Shown: one piece after another, positions 5,949 to 10,175 of the stretch
Layout: each line of letters starts with the position of its first letter
Position numbering within the stretch: the stretch's first letter is position 1
DNA from: Candidatus Heimdallarchaeota archaeon
GTDB lineage: Archaea > Asgardarchaeota > Heimdallarchaeia > JABLTI01
DNA length: 10,175 nt
Assembly: GCA_019058275.1 (NCBI GenBank)
Contig: JAHLVW010000021.1
Coordinates: 1-10,175 of the forward strand
Reading direction: 5' to 3'
Position numbers and translations under genes: made by a program
The notes under the pieces: model-generated
Database searches by the model: none
Seen by the model: only the letters and a program-made list of their open reading frames with translations
Told to the model about the DNA's origin: nothing

Positions 5949-6899
5949 TCATTTCTCTTTATCAGAAATACCTTTCTCAGTGATAAAGAATATGCATTCT
6001 CTATCAGGCAATCGAGAAGAGTCATACAAACGTGCAATTCTTGCTTGACCTCGTCCCTTTCTCAACAGAATTCTTTGATGAGGTCGATGTGCCCATGCAA
6101 AACCAAGTGCAGGATGAGGAGATTTATCAAAGATATTCTCATCAATAGTCGCAATTACTTGGTTAGTAACAACAATTGCTATATCTAGTCTTCCTACAAG
6201 TTGTTTTAGGGTTTCAGCTAATTTCATAACTGCTTGTTGTCTCGAGACAAGTTTTTCATTGCCGGTATATTCTGCTCGAAAGTGCGAAGCTATTGAATCA
6301 ATAATGAAGAGCTTAATATTGCGTTCCTTAATTAGTTTTTCAACGTTCATTACTAGAAATATTAGGTGATCTGAATTATAGGTTCTAGTCACTGCTATGT
6401 TCTTTAAGAAATCATCTGGGTTTAAACCATTGCTTTGTGCTATTTGAGCTATTCTTGTTGACGAAAAAGTACCTTCAGTGTCAATATAATATACTCCTCC
6501 ATTCAATCCACCCTTTTCTTGATTGAGCTGTACATTAATAGACATATGAAAACAGATTTGTGTTTTTCCTGCAGCAAATTCACCTGAGATTTCAGTAATC
6601 TCACCTGTGTAAATTCCCCCACCTAACAATTCATCGAGCAGTTCAGAACCTGTAGAGATCTTTTGTCTTTTTTCCTCTTTGGCAAGTAGATCAACTGCAG
6701 ATAATGGTTTTTGATCAACAAAGGAAATAGCTTCAGAGATTATTTTTTTCGCCAAATCTTGATCAATATCGATTTTTTCTGCAAGTTCTTCTTCATTCAA
6801 CCAGCATAGGGATTCAACTGAAGTAAATCCTCTAGCAATTAATTTTTCAATTAATTCCTCAGTTAAGGATTCCATATCTTCGAATTTCTTCTGATACAA
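5949..6899 (-). CDS. radA: RadA/Rad51-family recombinase, divergent full-length paralog
   Basis: 316 aa, TTG start with SD AGGTG (complement of 6907-6911). Has an N-terminal helical domain, ISTGS..LD.LLGGG, Walker A GEFAAGKTQ, YIDTEGTF, Walker B FIIDS, SHFRAEY, VTNQV and RIARLYDS...ITEKGI. Family is secure; orthology to canonical RadA is doubtful. Confidence 0.9.
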   Translation of the reverse strand: MYQKKFEDMESLTEELIEKLIARGFTSVESLCWLNEEELAEKIDIDQDLAKKIISEAISFVDQKPLSAVDLLAKEEKRQKISTGSELLDELLGGGIYTGEITEISGEFAAGKTQICFHMSINVQLNQEKGGLNGGVYYIDTEGTFSSTRIAQIAQSNGLNPDDFLKNIAVTRTYNSDHLIFLVMNVEKLIKERNIKLFIIDSIASHFRAEYTGNEKLVSRQQAVMKLAETLKQLVGRLDIAIVVTNQVIATIDENIFDKSPHPALGFAWAHRPHQRILLRKGRGQARIARLYDSSRLPDRECIFFITEKGISDKEK

Positions 6900-7020
6900 T
6901 TAATAGCACCTTACTAGTCTCTCTAGAACATTGATGTTTAATATCTTTTTTATTTCTAATTTATTATTTAGAGTTGCTAATTTAAAGTCATCCAATATAA
7001 TTTTTAGATTAATTATGATT

Positions 7021-7055
7021 AACAAAGAGAAAGAATCGATTCACATATGAATCGA
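7021..7055 (-). terminator. Hairpin followed by U-rich tail after the 115-aa gene (or a palindromic operator)
   Basis: Perfect 8-bp inverted repeat TCGATTCA (7036-7043) and TGAATCGA (7048-7055) with a 4-nt loop. On the minus strand it is followed by TTCTTTCTCTTTGTT. Confidence 0.45.
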
Positions 7056-7092
7056 AGTGTAACTTTATAGTTGAATTATAATGGATAAAGCA

Positions 7093-7440
7093 TTATTTCG
7101 ATATCAATGGTGGATAGAGTATCAATATTAGCACAGTTGCGATAATGAAGATAACGAAAATTGCTGTCCAGATGATGAATGTGTTTCTAACTGTATCAGG
7201 TTTTTCTTGTAATCTTAACCTTAATGATACGGTTATGATTATCATTAAGAATGGTAGGAAAAATGCTGGGAATACTCTCTCATTCAATTCAATTGATGCT
7301 ATAAAGAAGATTATTTCAACAATAGCTATTGCTAACCAGGCGAATGTAGATAAATCCATTATTTTGATTTCAATAGGTTGTTCTTTCCAATTAGCAAATA
7401 ATTCGGACTTTTTTGTTTCTGGAACTTCTGTGCTACTCAT
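7093..7440 (-). CDS. Small integral membrane protein, about 3 TM helices
   Basis: 115 aa with three hydrophobic segments (FAWLAIAIVEIIFFIASI; VFPAFFLPFLMIIITVSL; TFIIWTAIFVIFIIATVLILILYP) and a hydrophilic N-terminus. Confidence 0.75.
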   Translation of the reverse strand: MSSTEVPETKKSELFANWKEQPIEIKIMDLSTFAWLAIAIVEIIFFIASIELNERVFPAFFLPFLMIIITVSLRLRLQEKPDTVRNTFIIWTAIFVIFIIATVLILILYPPLISK

Positions 7441-7532
7441 CTGAAATCATCACTGTTATTCGTTCTAGAATCGAGTTTGTATGTTTATCTTTAAATATTT
7501 TGTTTAAATTCTCTTTTTCAAATAAGTGAGAA

Positions 7533-8390
7533 TTAAACTTCTCCCCCAACCAACTCTCGTCTTCTTTTTAATCTGAATATTATAGATCCAATAACAACAA
7601 CGGAATAGAATGATATTGTAGTTATTAAAATGGTATTTACATTTAGCTCTTCTAATGGGAATAATTCTGCATTTGTTTCTGATATTATGAAGCTTGCACT
7701 CATTCTATCTCCTCTTGAAGGATCGTAAAATGAGCCAGACATATAAAACAATAAACCATACCAATCACTATTCTGGTTTCGAGCTAATCCAAACAGTAAT
7801 GTCATATTTAAATATGGACCAATAGATTTGTAGACAAACACTTCATAATACTTGTCCAATATATGTATTGATTCACTTCTAACACAAGTAGCAGTATAAT
7901 TCCAGAAATTGGTTGATTTATCTACCTCTAAATCACTTGGGAAAATCCACATTGGTGTTGGAGTTACTTCACCTTCTGGCCATTCAAAAAAGTGAACCAT
8001 AAATAGATTGATTATGTAGGTGTCTTTAGCATTGATGTATAGATGTCTGGTGTCAAGATTTTCACTACCAACAGCAGTTTCATTGTAATAAAACAATCCT
8101 AAATCTGATATGACTAAAACGTGAAATGTTCCAAAAATACTTGATTCGTTTATCATGTGCAGATATTCTACTGTTAGTGTTCCTGAGGATTCCTCAAAGA
8201 CTCCAACTGATTGTGTGATTGTGTAAACCGTTTTTTGATTTACAAAGGGGAATTGTGTATCATCCTCAGAATTATATGTTATTAATTCATCATTGATATT
8301 ATTAGAATCAATAGAACCAAAATTGATTGTAAACATCGTAAGGATAATTATTATGAGGGCAAAATGCTTTCGTCTGTTAGATTCCAACAT
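7533..8390 (-). CDS. Exported, C-terminally anchored cell-surface (glyco)protein
   Basis: 285 aa. Signal-like N-terminus RRKHFALIIIILTMFTINFGS, a beta-rich aromatic ectodomain with sequons NES, NET, NYT and NMT, and a C-terminal TM followed by the basic tail RLKRRR. Confidence 0.8.
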   Translation of the reverse strand: MLESNRRKHFALIIIILTMFTINFGSIDSNNINDELITYNSEDDTQFPFVNQKTVYTITQSVGVFEESSGTLTVEYLHMINESSIFGTFHVLVISDLGLFYYNETAVGSENLDTRHLYINAKDTYIINLFMVHFFEWPEGEVTPTPMWIFPSDLEVDKSTNFWNYTATCVRSESIHILDKYYEVFVYKSIGPYLNMTLLFGLARNQNSDWYGLLFYMSGSFYDPSRGDRMSASFIISETNAELFPLEELNVNTILITTISFYSVVVIGSIIFRLKRRRELVGGEV

Positions 8391-8560
8391 CTAAATTCTC
8401 ACATCATACAAAAGATTTAGAGATACTCAATAATAAACTATTTCTGTATAATTATATTTTAGGTTTAAAATAAATTATCTTATCCAATCATTAGTCTAGG
8501 AATAGTTTTATCTACAAAATACATTTTATTTATAATTCCTAAATACAGTAGGAGAAGCAA

Positions 8561-9502
8561 ATGGACCCCATAATCAATGTTGAGAATTTATCAAAGATAT
8601 TTGGAAATTATCTCTCTCGAGCAAGAGTTACTTCCCTAAGGGATATTTCATTTAAAGTTAACAAAGGAGATAGAATTTGCTTGTTTGGTCCTAATGGAGC
8701 GGGAAAATCAACAATAATGAAATCGATTATGGGGTTAATTAAACCAACAAATGGACAGATTTTGGTTAAGAATTTTAACGCATACAGAAAGCAATTGCTT
8801 GTAAAGAAAATCATCGGTTATTTACCATCGGATTTGAATTTCTATCTTGAAACACCATGTGGAGAGTCACTATATCACTTTGGAGCTTTAAGAGGACTAT
8901 CAAGAAAAGAAGTAAAAGAAGAAGTTAACCGTTTACTAGAAATGGTAGGGTTAGAAATATGGGCTGATTTACCACCAAAACTAATGTCGTCAGGAATGAG
9001 GCAAAGATTTAGTCTTGCATTAGCAACGATTGGTGACCCTGAAATAATTCTGTTTGATGAGCCTATTTCTTTTATTGATGTACAAGGTAAACTGAAAATC
9101 TACCAGCTTGTTCACGAATATGTTAAAGACAAGTCAAAAACAATCATTATGTCAACTCATAATATACAAGATGCAATGGTTATGAGTGACAGAATAATAG
9201 TAATTGATCGTGGTCAAATAATCATTGATGGACCAATAACAGAAGTTGTCACTAAAAGATGTAAATCAATGGAAATAATATTAGCATCAGATTTACCAAC
9301 TAAGAAGCAAATTAAAAATGCAATAGGCGATGAACAATACGAGTTGGCTGGGAGAAAGATTATAGTAAAAGCAGAGGATGCTTTGCAAATCGCTGTTAAT
9401 GTTGTTAATAAACTAAAAGCAAGCAACATTCCTGTATTTTCATTCAGACCATTTGTCGAACAAAGAAGAAAAGAAAGTAAAGAAACAGAGGAGGAATCAT
9501 AA
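8561..9502 (+). CDS. ABC-2/multidrug-type transporter ATP-binding protein
   Basis: 313 aa. Walker A GPNGAGKST, signature MSSGMRQR, Walker B/D-loop IILFDEP, H-loop STH. SD AGGAG at 8550-8554. Confidence 0.95.
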   Translation: MDPIINVENLSKIFGNYLSRARVTSLRDISFKVNKGDRICLFGPNGAGKSTIMKSIMGLIKPTNGQILVKNFNAYRKQLLVKKIIGYLPSDLNFYLETPCGESLYHFGALRGLSRKEVKEEVNRLLEMVGLEIWADLPPKLMSSGMRQRFSLALATIGDPEIILFDEPISFIDVQGKLKIYQLVHEYVKDKSKTIIMSTHNIQDAMVMSDRIIVIDRGQIIIDGPITEVVTKRCKSMEIILASDLPTKKQIKNAIGDEQYELAGRKIIVKAEDALQIAVNVVNKLKASNIPVFSFRPFVEQRRKESKETEEES

Positions 9503-10175
9503 TGGAAACATCAACAGAATCTACACAAAAGTTGCAAAGAACTTTACTGACTGATTTCAAAGAAAATATAGAAATTATTCGATTTGAGGTAAAAAGGATA
9601 ATTATAACCCTGAAATATTTTATTGCTTTATCCTTGGTGCTACTTCCTGCGATTATTTTTCTAAATTCAATTTCAAAGGATTATGAAGCATTACTAATAA
9701 ATTTAGGTAGAGAGAATTTTGAAAGATATGCTACAACAAGTTTTGTCTTGGTTGGTCAATTCTTAATGCAGATGATGGGGATAATGTTAGCTCTTGATAG
9801 TTTTGGAAAGTCAACTCATGAAAGTATGCAAAGATATTTTGCTTTGCCAATTCGTAGAGCAAATATCTTTACAGCTCATACAACAACTGTTATTATTGGT
9901 ACGATATTAACAGGATTTATTGGAATACTTGTATTTGATCTTATTTTGTGGGTATGGACAGGAATTGCGATTTCAGCTATCTTATTGATGAAAGCATTCC
10001 TAATGACGTTCATAGGTGCTTTTCTTGCAATTGCTGTTACAACAATGTTTATTGTAATTGCAAATTACTTTAATTTTTCAAGTTCATTAGCAATAATACC
10101 AACACTATTTTTATTCTACATAATACCATTCTTAGTGAATTTCATTTCTGATTTTGCTTTTGGTCTACCTAAAGC
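9502..10175 (+). CDS. ABC-2 type permease, partial (runs off the 3' edge; not in the ORF track)
   Basis: ATG at 9502 overlaps the ATPase stop (TAATG), with SD GAGGAGG at 9488-9494. The frame is open to the window end: METSTESTQKLQ...EIIRFEVKRII...YFALPIRRANIF..., with several TM segments. The 'LP-I-x-R' loop is typical of ABC-2 permeases. Confidence 0.9.
   Translation, partial: METSTESTQKLQRTLLTDFKENIEIIRFEVKRIIITLKYFIALSLVLLPAIIFLNSISKDYEALLINLGRENFERYATTSFVLVGQFLMQMMGIMLALDSFGKSTHESMQRYFALPIRRANIFTAHTTTVIIGTILTGFIGILVFDLILWVWTGIAISAILLMKAFLMTFIGAFLAIAVTTMFIVIANYFNFSSSLAIIPTLFLFYIIPFLVNFISDFAFGLPK

Noticed and set aside
3177-7027. Repeated 10-mer ATTAACAAAG (3177-3186 and 7018-7027)
   Set aside because: It is short and AT-rich, and lies in opposite orientation relative to the downstream genes, so it is compatible with chance.
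7145-7444. Plus-strand 99-aa ORF
   Set aside because: It is antisense to the 115-aa ORF, which has a coherent 3-TM topology and is co-oriented with its neighbours.
7533-7560. C-terminal GGEV as a ubiquitin-like diglycine or PDZ ligand
   Set aside because: It is a four-residue match on a short tail after a TM helix, with no beta-grasp domain and no supporting context.
8608-9429. Minus-strand ORFs 8608-8814 and 9214-9429
   Set aside because: They are antisense shadows of the ABC ATPase.
1-10175. CRISPR arrays, tRNA/rRNA genes, IS elements
   Set aside because: I saw no spaced direct repeats, no GC-rich structured intergenic segments, and no transposase or integrase motifs. All intergenic gaps are under 200 nt and AT-rich.

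Overview
An AT-rich archaeal window, most likely from an Asgard archaeon. This is inferred from an archaeal Kae1, an archaeal-type RadA, GAGGTG/GGGTGA Shine-Dalgarno sites and eukaryote-like signature proteins. The first 4.1 kb is a co-oriented five-gene cluster that looks like a small-GTPase or membrane-trafficking module: (1) a longin + winged-helix + folliculin/DENN-like protein; (2,3) two paralogous ~249-aa long coiled-coil proteins, each ending in a winged helix; (4) an Arf-family GTPase with an N-terminal amphipathic helix but no Gly2; (5) a 99-aa alpha/beta protein whose pattern recalls the beta-adaptin appendage platform. Next come kae1 and a single-domain sua5/tsaC (t6A tRNA modification), a divergent RadA paralog on the minus strand, a 3-TM protein, a C-terminally anchored surface glycoprotein, and an ABC-2 ATPase with a permease that runs off the right edge. 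I saw no RNA genes, CRISPR arrays or mobile elements. All domain calls are by-eye motif recognition, and eukaryotic comparison sequences are recalled from memory; no searches were run.
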